Source: Lama glama (Eukaryota). From it: a stretch of 64,000 nt of DNA. The translations under genes were made by a program, and so were the position numbers. Shown here one piece after another: positions 42,076 to 55,450 of the stretch (position 1 is the first letter of the stretch; each line of letters opens with the position of its first letter). The stretch covers positions 34,970,001 to 35,034,000 of the forward strand of contig CM052816.1 in NCBI GenBank assembly GCA_028534125.1. The letters run 5' to 3'. Under the pieces are notes generated by a model that was given only the letters and a program-made list of their open reading frames with translations, did not search any database and was not told the DNA's origin.

Positions 42076-43003
42076 ATGTAAGGCACCTTAAGATTCTTAT
42101 AAATATGTTTCATCATGACAAAGTTAATGGTGTGTGTTATTATTACTAGACCGCTTGGGATAGCATGTTACCATGGGATTTCGTCACCTGGGATTTCAAA
42201 ATATTTTAGGGACCACGTAATCAAATAATTTACTTTTTAAGTTAAACTGAACAAACAACTGTATTAAAATACTGCCTATCTTTAATATGTGAAAGTGCTT
42301 CTGAGGATACATTTTCTGCTTTCTGTACCATCTTGGCAAGATTTCTGTTCAGTCATTTTCACAGGATCAGCACCCCTTGTGGCCAGTATTTGTTAGTGAA
42401 GGAGTTAGGCTTGGAGGGGACTGTGTGGCTCTAAAACGGCTTTTTCTAATGCTGAACAGCTACTGGTCTATATGGCACTTGTATTTTCTATTGTGACTTT
42501 TTTTTTTTTAAACAGTCAAGTAAAAATTCAATAAACTATCTTTGTATTCCTTTAAGGGTATTATGCCATAAAAAGGTGTTTTAATCAATACCCAAATGAT
42601 TTCCCTTAATTTTCCTTTAAACTCTTATAATGCCAAATTGTTAATAAAGAAACTAAAAACTAGAACCCATAACTTAAGACACTGTTATATTGTTAAACGT
42701 TATATAACTCCTATTTATATATTTTTTATTAGTATATTTTTAAAGATACTAACAGTACAAGAAGGACTTGAGAGCAAGGCGTTCCTGGAAAAGTACCTAT
42801 TTTTAGACCACTAAAAAATTTAATAAATTCTTTCAAAATTTTCATGGCCTCAGAATTTAAAAGTTTTTAAGTTTTAATTACAAAAGCTTCCTAGAGAAAG
42901 TATTAGAAAAGGCTAATTACACAAATAATGAACCTTTTATAAACAATGAAGCTGGAAATAGAATACATTTACCACATCAGTGTCACACTTTATATTAAGC
43001 AAT

Positions 43004-43131
43004 GTTTTTTTGGTGGGGGGGTTAATTCAGTTCATTTATTATTATTATTATTATTTTTACTGGAGGTACTGGGGTTTGAACCTAGGACCTTGTGCATACT
43101 GGTGCTCTACCACTGAGCTATGCCCTCCCCC
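43004..43131 (-). mobile_element. tRNA-derived SINE (camelid Vic-1-like)
   Basis: The minus strand has A box tagctcagtgg and B box ggttcaaacc, followed by an A-rich tail. Flanking direct repeat aagcaat at 42997-43003 and 43133-43139. Confidence 0.85.
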
Positions 43132-45683
43132 AAAGCAATTTTTTATCTTTTCGCATTTACTTTGCTCGTGTTCTCTGCACTTGTGTTTATGTATGACACT
43201 TTCTCCAAAGCTTTTAGTGTACCCTGAAGAGAGAGAATCTGAAAAAGGTAATTATGTTCAGAGTGGGAAAAAATAAAATAATACATCAAGGTGTTGATTC
43301 CCCTCCAAATTCCCACATGCTGCACCCATCAGTCTATCAGATTCCTGAGAAGGTTAAAGTACTGAGATCTATATTTAGCTTAAATTCAGAAGCTAATAGA
43401 TAGAAAAATTCTCAGTGTGTTTTTATTGAGTCACAGAATTGGTATGGTCCCCAAGGTCCATCTCTTCCTGTATCTATGATGCAGACAGGTGACATTCTGC
43501 TCACAAAAAGCGACTCAGGAAAGCACATGTGATGCTACCAAGCGCTGTCTACTCTTCATTTTAAAATGAGACAAATTAAAATTAAAGGGAATAGAAATGA
43601 AAACAAAAGGGAAAGAGGTAGCTTGAACCAGGATTTTGATGAATTGATTTACTTAGTACTGGAAACTGAAATTTAACAGCTCTAGATATGAATACCTGAA
43701 GTAAGGCAGGAACTTTCTGTGATGGGCTAGTATTTTGCAAAACAAGTTATGACTAGAAGCTTCCATAATAGGATTTTTCTTCTCATGAAGCACTTACAAA
43801 GAATATTTGTAATTATGTCTGTAACATTCCTTCAAGGGAAGTTGTGAGGCTACCAGTACAGAAAAGAGAGGAGAGAAAACTGACTGAACCAGTTGTACAT
43901 TTGGAGGCAGCAAGGCTTCCTGGTGGGCAGGATGCCTCATGAACTTCTTATCCCTGTCATTTGATTCATTACTGCTTCTTCCCACGTAGACTGAAGAAAA
44001 ACAGTCAGTATTACTGAGTCTGGTTTATGACTGAATCCCTGAGAGACACCTGTATAGCTCCACAGGCTACCTCTTAATTTTAGAGGGAGAAATCTATCTG
44101 GGATGCCTTATTTCTTAGTGTATTATATCAGAAAATAGCAAGCATGAATAGCATTCCAATTTATCACAAAGTATTTGATTTGAGACAGAAAGATGTCTTG
44201 GGTTCATTTTCTTTCCTCCTGGCAGATGCTTTTACAAGATTCAAATTGGGACCAAAAAAAAAAAAAAAGATGCACTCCTTTCTTTGTCACTGTCATAACG
44301 ATCACTAGGAAAACAGAATTTCAATAGGCAGGTAAATTAAAACTAGTCAATGGCCTGTTATCAGTGGGGATGATCTGCTCTGTAGATTATTGCAGCCACA
44401 TTCTATTTTTGTCCAGAGCTAGTATGAAAGGCTTGAGGAGGGAGGGCTGGAACTATTCACTGACTTTAGTCTGTGACTCTGCATTCATAATTTGACCTTC
44501 AAATGTCACTGAAGTATGTTTCCAAATAAAAGTGCTTTCTTTTAAAGGTACCTGTCCATCTCAGCTATAATCCCTGAATCTCATTTTAAGAAACAGGATT
44601 CTTTTGACACTGTTTATAAAACAGCTTCACCACTGACCATACCCCACATTCCACATTAATTATATGGTTCTTGACAATTATTATCCTATTATCTTATGAA
44701 TTTCTATTTTATATTTTTCTTGACTGCATGTACTGCCTCCCTAGTAAGATTTTATGTTCTTTAAAAAAAAATGAACTGTGTTTGAATTCCCATTAGCATA
44801 CATTCATTCATTCATTCAACAAATAGTGACCTCTGTTTATAGCACCAGTTGGATACTGTGGGAATTGTAGCACATAATTAATATACAAGGTGTGGTATTA
44901 TATAAGAAGACAAAAAACAGGCAATGGTAGTAGAGACAAGGTAAAAGATTATTTCTGATTGGTGGATGGCAGAAGAATCCAAGACGGAAATAATGAGTTG
45001 AACCCCTTGAAGGAAAAGTAAGAGTTTTTTAAATTATTTAAAAAGTTGAAAATACCAGCTATCATTTTGTTTCCTACTGAAAAGTCACATGTTCACTGTT
45101 AGGAAAAAACCTGAAAATACAGAGTAGGCTAAAAAGAGGGGAGAAAGAGCAGCCATTACCAACTAGCCGGAGACGGTGACTATTCATGCCATGTTCAATA
45201 CGTCTAAAGTCCCCTGCAGGTTCATTTCCTAAAAATGTGAGTAAACTAAACATTCGGTATTGTAGCCTACTTTACCTATTAACACGTTAAATAATCTTTT
45301 CTTAATATTCATCCCACACAATCATTTTTCATGACTTAAAAATTATTTTAATGACAAGATTATTTTTAATGACTTCCATGATATGGATATATCATTTTTT
45401 GACATATTTTAGCTTTTTAGGAGAAGCAGGCTTTTAACTAGGTAAGATATGAAAGGAGAGGGAGGGAAAAGGAAAGGAAGATCATACAAAGCAGGAGGTA
45501 CAACCTAAGCAAAGATAAGGAAACAGGAAAGTGCAGTGGGTTCAGGGAACAGCGAGGACTTGGGTTTTTGAGGGTGATCAGGAGGCCCGAAGCCCAGGAA
45601 GACTAGTTTTAGACGCTGAATGTCATCAGAAGGCAGTGTTGAGCCACTGAAGAGTTCTGAAGAGAAGTGTCATGGACAGAGCT

Positions 45684-45830
45684 GAGAGGGTACAGCTCAG
45701 TGGCAGAGCACATGCCTGGCATGCACAAGGTCCTGGGTTCAATCCCAGTACCTCCATTAAAACTAAATAAATACATACATAGACCTAATTACCTCCCTTC
45801 CAAAAACAACAACAAAAGATTAAAAAATAT
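45684..45830 (+). mobile_element. tRNA-derived SINE (camelid Vic-1-like)
   Basis: gagggtacagctcagtggcagagc...gtcctgggttcaatcccagtacctcca followed by the tail ctaattacctccc...aaaa; same family as the 43004-43131 copy. Confidence 0.85.
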
Positions 45831-45959
45831 ATATTGACAGAAAAGTAGGTGGCAGATTGAAAGAGAAAATAGAGACCATACTTCTAGGAGGAGATTGGTG
45901 TTCTTAAGTGAAGCATTCTCCCTGCCATCGTTCTTTCCAATTCATTTATTTCACAGACT

Positions 45960-46285
45960 CCCAGGTTCTTTATATAAAATACAAACTATCTTTTAAAACA
46001 CTTTTTTTCTCTTCTAACTCAGATCTTCCCTCCTATCTTTATCTAGCTAAATCTTACTCGTTCTTCAAAATCCAACCCAAGCACTGTTACCTTTAGAACC
46101 TCTTCCCCGATTGTGCACCACAGCACAGCTTGGCGTGTATCTCACTGAATGGTAATCACAGATTTACTTGTCTGACTGTCTTAAATGTCAGTTCTGTGCA
46201 GAGCCTCTGATGAGAGCCTGGCACCTCCACGCTCAGGTATATGCCACATCGTAGTTCTCCATACATGTTTGCTGAATAAATGCGT
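45960..46285 (+). mobile_element. LINE-2 3' fragment
   Basis: cttactcgttcttcaaaatccaaccc...gagcctggcac...atgtttgctgaataaatg. Confidence 0.55.
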
Positions 46286-47099
46286 GAAGATTCCCAAGTT
46301 CTCAAGTCCCCAACATGCCGATCTTACTTAAACTGGGCAGCTAAATTTAAACTAGGGAAGTTCTGGGTAGACAAATGAAAATCCAAAATTTTAGAAATAA
46401 TGAAATTCCACAAAAATGGGGAATCACTAAGGAAACCAAGTCAATTATTTTTGGAGCTTATTCTCATAATAGGAAATCTATCAAAGTTAACAGCCCTGGA
46501 GCGCAGAAGTAAACTCATTAGGAAACTGCTTAAAATGCTCAATGTCAGAAAAAGAATATCAGAACTCATTGGCAGGGATCAAATAAAACCACTAGCAGTG
46601 TACATGCCAGCAAAAAGTCCAACAAGAAGATAAATGATTAAAAAAAAAAACAACTATATCCATTTTTGCACGACAGATCAAGGGGAATGGAATTCAGAAC
46701 AGTGGAAATTTTCCAGCCTTCCCCTGTTGCTGATCACAGCAGTAAACTGCATTTTAAAGTGCTTGCAGAGAAAGAGTCACTAAGAAAACCTGTGTGACCC
46801 TGAACTGCCAGCAGATTTTAGAATACAACAGTGTCTCTCAGAAGATAATAAAGACCTGATTCAATCTAATTGTGGATATATTTTCGATTCCCTGAAAAAT
46901 AGTAAGTGCACAGGCTTGGCTGGCTTGTGGAGACAGTAAGAGGCTATAGTCAGCTTCAAAACAATGTAACCAGTGTGAAATCCACATAACTGAGCAGTTT
47001 TCAAAAATCACTGTATTTCTGGGTTAAAAGGCCTATGAGAAATAAGACTAGGTCTCCGTTTAGTGTAGTTTACTTATTAGCAAGTCTGTTCTGCCTCCT

Positions 47100-47820
47100 C
47101 CTCTCTGATTCTTTCCATTAGCATCTGAACGTATCCTGCCCTTGACCCCGTACAACCTCCTTCACATTTCACCTCATTTCTCTCCTCTGTCTGTGACTTC
47201 ACCTCCTTTCTTGGCCCATGATAACTTGGTTTCACCCCTGCCACTTCACTGAACATGCCCTGGCCTCCTTGTGGCTACATGCTAAGCACACCCAGAGGCC
47301 TTCCTGTCCTTGACCTGCAGTAGCACTGGACACCACTGCCTCCCTGAAACTGTCCCTTTACCTTCTCAGACACCAGATTCCCTGCAGCTATACACCCTCT
47401 TAATCTCTCCTGCCCACGAAATCCAACATCCATGTTCCCCAAGGTTTGGTCCCAAATGCTTTTCTTTTCAGTCAACAGGCTCTCTCTGGATGATTTCACA
47501 CGCTGCTGCACCTCTAATTATCATCTATATCCTCATGACTCCCACCTCTTTATCTCTACCCTGGAGCCCTCTTTTGTTCCAGAGCTTACCTGCATGCCTC
47601 TGGACACCTCCATTTTACTACTCCACAGAAAACCTAAAATCGCTCATGACCCTAGTCAGTCCTTCTGTCTTCCCTTAACAAAGGATGGTACCAACAACCA
47701 CTCAGTTGCTCAAGTGATACTCAAGAGTGACATGTTTGATGTTTCACTGTATTTCTGCCCTGAAATTCTATTAATAACAAAACCCTGCCCTTCTTGCCAA
47801 CTGCAGATCTTTTAAATTCA
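47100..47820 (+). mobile_element. LINE-2 fragment
   Basis: Pyrimidine-rich L2-like motifs (taattatcatctatatcctcatgactcccac; atggtaccaacaaccactcagttgctcaag). Confidence 0.6.
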
Positions 47821-50082
47821 TCAACTATTGCTATAGGAGTATTTCTTCCCTGTTTCTGTCTTTGAATTATTTATCTTACCCAGTATATTGGAACACAGAA
47901 TCAATTCATCAAGACTTTCACCTTATATACTGTAAAGATCATCTTGCATTTAACATGATACCCTCTAGCAGCAAGAAAAACACAGTACCATCTTTGAAGG
48001 TTTTTTCCAGTTCCTTCAGTTTTCATATTTCTGGTAAAGGTTCATAAATAATATAGACAGACCTGACACCTGTAGTGGAGAAGTATAATGACCAAATATC
48101 TGTTGCAGATACTTGGAATTCAATATGTATCTGAATTATTACATTTTATGTATTTTATATTTATATATATTTTATACACGTAAATAAGAGACAAACGTTG
48201 ATCTTTTTCTGATAGTAGTTATAATTTAGTCCTTTTCCCAGAGGGCTGTATTGAGTCCTAACACTGATATTTATATTTATTAATGATTTATCCCTGCCTA
48301 ATTCTAATGAGCTTACAGTAGAGGGAGTACCTCTACCCTTTTGATTCTTTTGTGAAAATTAAAAAGGGTGCCCTCTCTGGGTGGGCAAGTGGATTGCAGG
48401 CTACAGTTAGTTCCCATTCACTCCCTAGCATCGGGCACAAACTATGCAACTATGTTGACGATGTCTGGAACGCTAAAACACAGATTTGGGATTAAAAAAA
48501 AATCTAGACCATCTAAATCATATTCAGACATTGATTCTGATTCTACACTTTGGCAGTTAAGGCAGAATAAGAAATAGGTGAGGTTACATAGCTGTATTTC
48601 CTCACGTGACATACAAAATCATCCATACATGCAAATTCTTCCTGGAACTAAGCTCATGTGGAAACAGTGTTTCTCTCTTAGAATAAATGATCTTGACTAT
48701 ATTTAACTATGTTGCCCCAAAGTTTTAGAAATGCTGTGCAAACTGACAGTTCTTGTATTAATCCTCCCTAAGAGCAGGAGGTACCACAGTAAACTGTAAC
48801 TCAGTGAAGGCACATTTTTTTAAGGAGCTAAAAGTAATGCAATTATTTGTTTTATGATTTTATAAATTAATTTGGGATGAGGCTTGGAAAATCTTTCTGA
48901 ATGTCTGTAAACATATCCTTTGCACTGTCTCTAAGACATCAGAAATATGAAATATGTTTTGAGCTGATGTCAGATTATAACTTGATCACAGCCATTGTGA
49001 CTTATCTTCCAGAAGATGACAGTTGTCAAAGTAATAACAACCACCTATTTCTAAAAGTTTCTTTGCTGGAGCAATCTCTCCTGGGATCAACTTCTCCACT
49101 AATTTCTGCTATAGCAAATGCCCTAATATATCAATGATGGAAAATATGTCCCACGAGGAAAAGCAAAACAGAAATTACATACCCTGGGCATGTTTTCTAA
49201 CTGCACGTTTTTTCATCCTTTACCCTGGGCAAATGTGTGCCTGTAGCTTTTGCACCAGTTTATAGATTTAGCAATCCCTGCATTTTTCTTCTTATTAAAA
49301 GCACGTTTCTTGGTAATGGTCTTTAAAGTGATAATTCAGTATATTATATATAAAATGGAAAACCTCATTTTAAATTTGAAGTTGGTAGTCTTGCCACCAA
49401 TCCAATTTGACTGAATTTAAACTTACGATTCTAGTTCTTGTGTCTCGAAGTGGTTTGTGGAAAAAAATATTACCCCTAACACTCAAAAATATAGAAAACA
49501 AATATAGAAAATGTTCTTTAGGAATTTTTTTGAAACTTCCATCAAAAGAGTATAGCACAGCAGGAAAGCATCATTCAATGAGTTATAACAATTTTCTGTT
49601 CAGCAGGGCCATTTTAGACCATTTTTCCATTTTCAAAGGGAAAAAGATACAAGTTCTTCCAAATACTTGTCTATAATTCATTATTTTATAAAGCCCATCA
49701 CTTACTTCCAATGTAAGAGCAATTTTACAAAATGTCATTCTGATCATCTTAAAATCATTTAGTTACAATCATAATGTATTCTGTTAGGATGACTCAGAGT
49801 TAAGAGAAATTTGCAATGGGCTCTACTTCAGGGTCTAACATTTAAAATGTCACAAATACATTACAGATTGTTCTAATAATAAAAAAGAGCAAAGACACAT
49901 GAAACTTCATTTTCAGTAACTTCTCAGTAGATTTATATGCCAGGAAAATACTAATGATAGGAATTAAAACAACAACTATCACTTCAAAGATACATTGGCT
50001 CCTATTTTTTATTCTGAGACATGAAAAGGGATAATTAACTGCTTTATTTCCTCTCTTAAGAATCAGCTAGCTGACTTCCATG

Positions 50083-50142
50083 CTATTCTATGAATTTGTT
50101 TGCTGGTTTCCTATTCTATGAATTTGTTTGCTGGTTTCCTAT
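50083..50142. repeat. Perfect 28-bp tandem duplication
   Basis: ctattctatgaatttgtttgctggtttc at 50083-50110 and 50111-50138, followed by ctat. Confidence 0.95.
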
Positions 50143-51368
50143 GTTCTAGATAACCAAAGGCAGTACTTTATATTCTGGAGCATTGTCATTAAAGCCTACT
50201 GGTGAGACAGATAGCTTAACAATCACAATTTAGCGTAGTAAGTGCTATGCTAGGGTTATAAGATGGGTAAGAAGCCCAGACTTGGTACAGAAACAGGGCT
50301 TGCTAAGGGATTTCTACCTGGAATCTGAAAGAACAAGGTCAGGTGGGTATAGAATGCTCCATGGGAGTGAAGGTATATTTAAAGGCAACGGGGCACGAGA
50401 GAGGTGCCCTGGGAAAGGTGGGGTTGGAGGACGGCATCAGTGAGTGAGAGGAAGTGAGGTGCCAGCTGGGCAGGTCACGCAGCCCCAAGGACCTTCTGGT
50501 CTCAGATGCTCAGTCTAAGGGATAAGACTGCGGGCACTCAGAGGGTCTGACGTGTGTCACGCACAAGACTCTCCTCTATCTCTTCCTCCTCCGATCCCCA
50601 TTACAAGCAAACAGCTTCAAATCCTGTTTGCTCTTTGGAGTGGCGGTGAGTGGGAAGAGCAGGACAGTCATCTGTGAGACCCTCCATTTAGGAGGCCTCT
50701 ATTGGACTTTTCTCATCATCTCTAAATGAGGTCACACAGACGATCACAGAGACAGTCTGCTAAGACTGACAGTAAAAAGATGCCACAATTTTTATAACCT
50801 GGTTTTGCATTTCTTCATGTTTTTAATATAACCTAAAAAAATGAAAGTGACCTGAGTAACCATTTTGACCTAAGATTCTGATCAAGTTTGATGAGGTGGA
50901 AACTGATTGCAAGGAGTAAAGCAGATATAGTTTGGCAATATTTTACTCCCCTAAATAATATTATTTATTTACAAGTTAATATGCAAGTCTCTATAAGATC
51001 CTTATTTTATAATGTTTCTAATTCTCAGCATCTCCAAGACTATCTTGTACACTGCAACTATCAGAGCATGTTGCAGGTGACTCTTTTTGTGAAAATATAT
51101 ACACACAGCAAAGCCTCATTTTGACTAGCCCGGCCATGGACATAAGTATTTTACATAAGGAAAATATCCAAGTAACTAAGGGTTAATAACCCTTTGAGAG
51201 AAACCTTTAAACAGTTTTAACCACTTTTAATGAAAAATTTTGTAAAATATAGCACACACTTTCTTAAATTCCTAAACAGACTAAAAAGAACCTCTCTCTG
51301 TCCCCCATGATGAGTAACAATGACTAAATTTTGGTTTAAGAGAGTGAACCCTGAGTGAGACTTCCAAC

Positions 51369-51738
51369 AAGAGAAAGAAGAATGCCACATGATATCACTC
51401 ATATTTGGAATCTTAAAAAAAAAAAAGACACAAATGAACTTCTTTACAAAACAGAAACAGACTGACAGACAGGAAACAAACTTAAGGTTACCAGGTGGGG
51501 AAGGGATTGGGAAGGGATAAATTGGGAGTTTGAGATTTGCAGACACTAACTACTATATATAAAATAGATAAAATACAAGTTTCTTCTATATAGCACCAGG
51601 AACTATATTCAGTATCATATAGTAACCTATAATGAAAAAGACTCTGAAAATAAATATATGTATGTATATGTATGACTGAAGCATTATGCTCTACACCAGA
51701 AATTGACACATTGTAAACTGACTATACAATAAAAAAAC
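51369..51738 (+). mobile_element. Young L1 3' UTR fragment
   Basis: gggaagggataaattgggagtttgagatttgcaga...tagcaccaggaactatattcagtatc...actatacaataaaaaaa; same family as the 12623-13385 copy. Confidence 0.85.
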
Positions 51739-51789
51739 TTTTTTTAAGAAACAGAGAAATCAGTGGCAAAAAAAAAAAATCTCTGCATC

Positions 51790-52545
51790 GCAAGATTTAT
51801 AATGTCAGCATTTATGCTCCATTAGTGGGTGTATTACGATTTATATAACTAATACTTGATTGCTGTACATTTTAGTTTATTTTTCCAGATTTCCCCCCCC
51901 CTTTTTTCAGCTGCTATGAGTAATGTTGGAGTGAACACATGGTCACACATATCTACTTGTACATCTGTAGTTAGTTTCACAGAATATATACTTTGAAGTG
52001 AAATATCTGGGATAAAATAAAAATGCAAAATTGTATAACTTTAGAGACATATTTTAAAATTACTGCCCAAAGAGGCTGTGCGATTTGCACTCTCACAAAG
52101 GGCATACGCACATCTGCTTCTCCATGTTCTCATTCACACTGATGCATAGTGTGCTTTTTCACTCTTGATATGCAAGAGAAAAATAATTCATTTTTAATTT
52201 TCATTCCTTTTATGACTGAAATTTTAACAACTTTTCAAATATGTTAAATTCAATTTTTTTCCTATGGGGGGGCATTTGTGTAATCATTTTCCTGTGAATA
52301 GCCTTTTATCATTTTCAATTGTCTTTTCATTTCCTTAACAAATTTTTCCATTGGGTTGTTTAATATTTATTTATTGATTTATAAATAGTCTCTATGATTA
52401 AAAGCTGTCATGTGTCATATATACTGTATATTTTCCCAACAGTTTAATCTCTTAATTTTATTCTTGGTGTTTAAAATTAAAAATCTATTGTCTTTTAATT
52501 GTTCCTTTTTCACATTACTGATTCCTTTGATAAATATTCTAAGGC
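51790..52545 (-). mobile_element. Highly decayed ancient L1 (L1ME-like) fragment
   Basis: T-rich antisense ORF2/3' motifs (ccaaagaggctgtgcgatttgcactctcac). Confidence 0.5.
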
Positions 52546-55219
52546 TCTGCTTTTTTTTTTTTTTAAACCTTCATTGCACTTTAAGCCAACCCATCAATTC
52601 TGAGATAATGACACATACAACATGGTAAGGTAAAGTCCTGCCAATGCAGTGCTTGCCATATGGAGCAGTGTCTTAAACTCTGTGATTCATTCTGCCATTA
52701 CTTCATCTATGACTGGATTGGGAAGAACTTTTTGTCTTTTTGGAAGCACACATAATTATAGGATGTATATCACGTCTTATAAATCATAGGTACTTCACAC
52801 CAGTTGAATGCATGGATAAATGTCACAAAATCATAACTTAGAAATTCTGACATACAAGAAAATGTTACTCCATGTGGAAACTTTAAAACAAGCCAGATAA
52901 AACAACTATGCTAATGAAAGAAGAGATGTAGATAAAAATGCTATAACCATGAAAACATTATAGTCAACGATATTACTCAAGCCAGTAACCTTGGAATACA
53001 TATATTTAATCTCTTTACTGCCAGTTGGATTAGATCCGGAGTTCTCTGCTTGTGTTCCTGAGTTGGGAAAGGGCTAGCCCTAAGTCTCTACTTCATGGCT
53101 AAAAATATTTAAAACCACTCAAAAAGTACTGAAAACTGAAGACACTTATGCTGCAAATATCTGTCAGTCTTCCTCTTTCGTTGTTCAAATTCAGATAATT
53201 CTGATAAAAATATATTTGAAAAAATTCTCTTAATTTTATTGAGGAATCTTTGTATCATATGGTTTTTCACTGCTTGCCTGGTCTGTTATCTGCACATATC
53301 TTAAAAACTAAATACCAAGATGTGTATCACTTAAGTTTCTCTATTTCTGTTATTTGTATAAAGTTCTGGGAGATTACTGGTTTTTTAAACATAATAATGT
53401 ACATTTTATAATCTGTAAGGTCTATTTTGAAGGTAGCCAAATAGCTTCAATGTCAGCCTGTTTACTCAAGGCCTTAAAAAAAAGCAAGCAGAAACACATT
53501 AGCATACATTTCCTGAGAAATGCAATATCAATGTGACAATAATAAAGTCTCACTAATAACATTCTCTGTGTATACAGCCTCTCTTCCACCAATCTCAGTT
53601 CTGAATAATCTCAGAAAACATTCTACCACACTTGACTAAAGATTCCCTGAAAAACATTATTTTGCTTTTGAATGTTAGAAATTGCTAGCACTCAGGATGC
53701 CCCCAGTCTGCCTCCTTGGAAAGACTCTGGAAGATGCCAAGTATTGCAAAACACAGATGAGTGATTTAAGCACAGGCGGGAGGAAGTCTTTATAACTCAG
53801 GCAAGAACATATTTGTAAAGCAAACATAAAGCACTGAAGCACATAATTTAAAGGTAAATTTAACTTCATAAAATCATGTGAAAAAGTTTTCTTTAAACAT
53901 CCTGTTTCCTTCTTTATGTCACTGTAGTAAAACTCCACAAAGGAACGCTTTTGCTATTTTTTAGCATGTGTATTTCAAAGACAGTATTTCTGTAGGGAGA
54001 GAGTTGCTTTCCTGTTTCGGCTGTGCAAGTCCTGGTGAGCGTCACCTTGTTCTTTGGGACACACTGGGTGGTCAGCGACTTTATGTGCATGGGCACAGTG
54101 GGGCTGTCTGAAAGTTTACAACTAAGGGAAAAACTGACTTCTGTTAGGCAAAGCTTTCTATAGCTGCGTTTGCTGTACATTATTAGCAAAAATGTATATT
54201 CCTGTCTTTAAGAAACATAACAACAAAAGTTTGGTTATGTTTTCAATCAACAAAGTAAAATAAAGAAAGGAAATAATCCTAGTCAAATTGTTTGAGCTCC
54301 CTGAAAAAACCAGGAAAAGGATGTTTGACAAGTACAAGCAGCATTACTCGCCTGTTCACAACTTGAAGCTTCCTCATAGAGGGAAGAATTCAAGAGAAAT
54401 TGTTACAAGTTAAATACCTTGTTTATTCTCATATTCTCCAGTTTTCTTAATTTGGAATTGGAATGAATACAAGATATCCACATTTGTTTTCATATTCATT
54501 ATACTTCCTTTCTTGCTCTGGAGATGCAGTAAGCTCTCAAAACATACTGTGTCCCTAGTACGTCTGAACAATGCTTTGTAGCAGCTCTCTGGCCCTTAGT
54601 GATTCGAAGAATGATTTCTCAGTCCTAAAATAGCTTCATGGTTCTGTCTAGGTCAGCAGTAGGAAAACCAAACCAAACAAAAAACAAAACCCTAAAACAA
54701 ATAACCATACAAACTAATTCCATTTCTTAGATGTTTCCACTTTTAAGGATGTGAATGAGAGAAGAAATCATGGAGATGTAGATAATCACAAGCAGCAAGC
54801 TCCAGAGTGGAGGGCCCCGGAAGGATTCACGGAGTTCCTCATTTCACAGGGAAGACTTGGATCTCCGAGGAAGCCAGGGCCCAAGGCTGCTCAGAGGCCC
54901 CACCAGGGACAGGATGAACGTTCATCCCTTCGAGTGGGTTCTTTATCAAGGAACCCCACACAGTCTCTGAGACCACAAGGAACTATTTTGATGTTCAATT
55001 TATAAAAGCATCAATATTTTAACATGATTTACTTTTATAAAACCAATTATAGTAAAAAAAAAATGGTAGAAGGAAAAGTATTAGGAAAAAAAGGTAGCAG
55101 GGAAGAGGGGATTCGAAGTCTGGAGAGCTCTCTACTTTCAGCTATAAGAACTGCCTTCCCCAGGAAAAATGTGGTCTCCCAAATCATGCATTTGTGGTGA
55201 GTAATGGCTTTGACAATTA

Positions 55220-55450
55220 ACAAATATTTTTTGAGATACAACAATAAATAGGATAAATCCCTTTCCTCGGGGAGCTTACAAATTAGTTCCACACAGACAA
55301 TAAATAGGTAAGTAATACAACTGCTGACAGTTGTATGTGTTATTGGGAAAACAGAGCAGGTGTGGATATAGAGTGTAAGGGAGGTGGGGTGAAGGCTATT
55401 TTAATGGGGTTTACAGGAAGGCCTCTGAGGAGGTGATATTTGAGCAGAGG
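55220..55450 (-). mobile_element. LINE-2 fragment
   Basis: ggaaggcctctgaggaggtgatatttgagcagag matches an antisense L2 motif. Confidence 0.6.

Noticed and set aside
43050..45760. tRNA genes at the two A/B-box elements
   Set aside because: No full cloverleaf; SINE-type tails, and a TSD on one copy, identify them as tRNA-derived SINEs.
53560..53585. ctgtgtatacag as the possible end of the upstream FER exon (CIHR)
   Set aside because: No adjacent donor site, and the flanking sequence does not encode the expected kinase residues.
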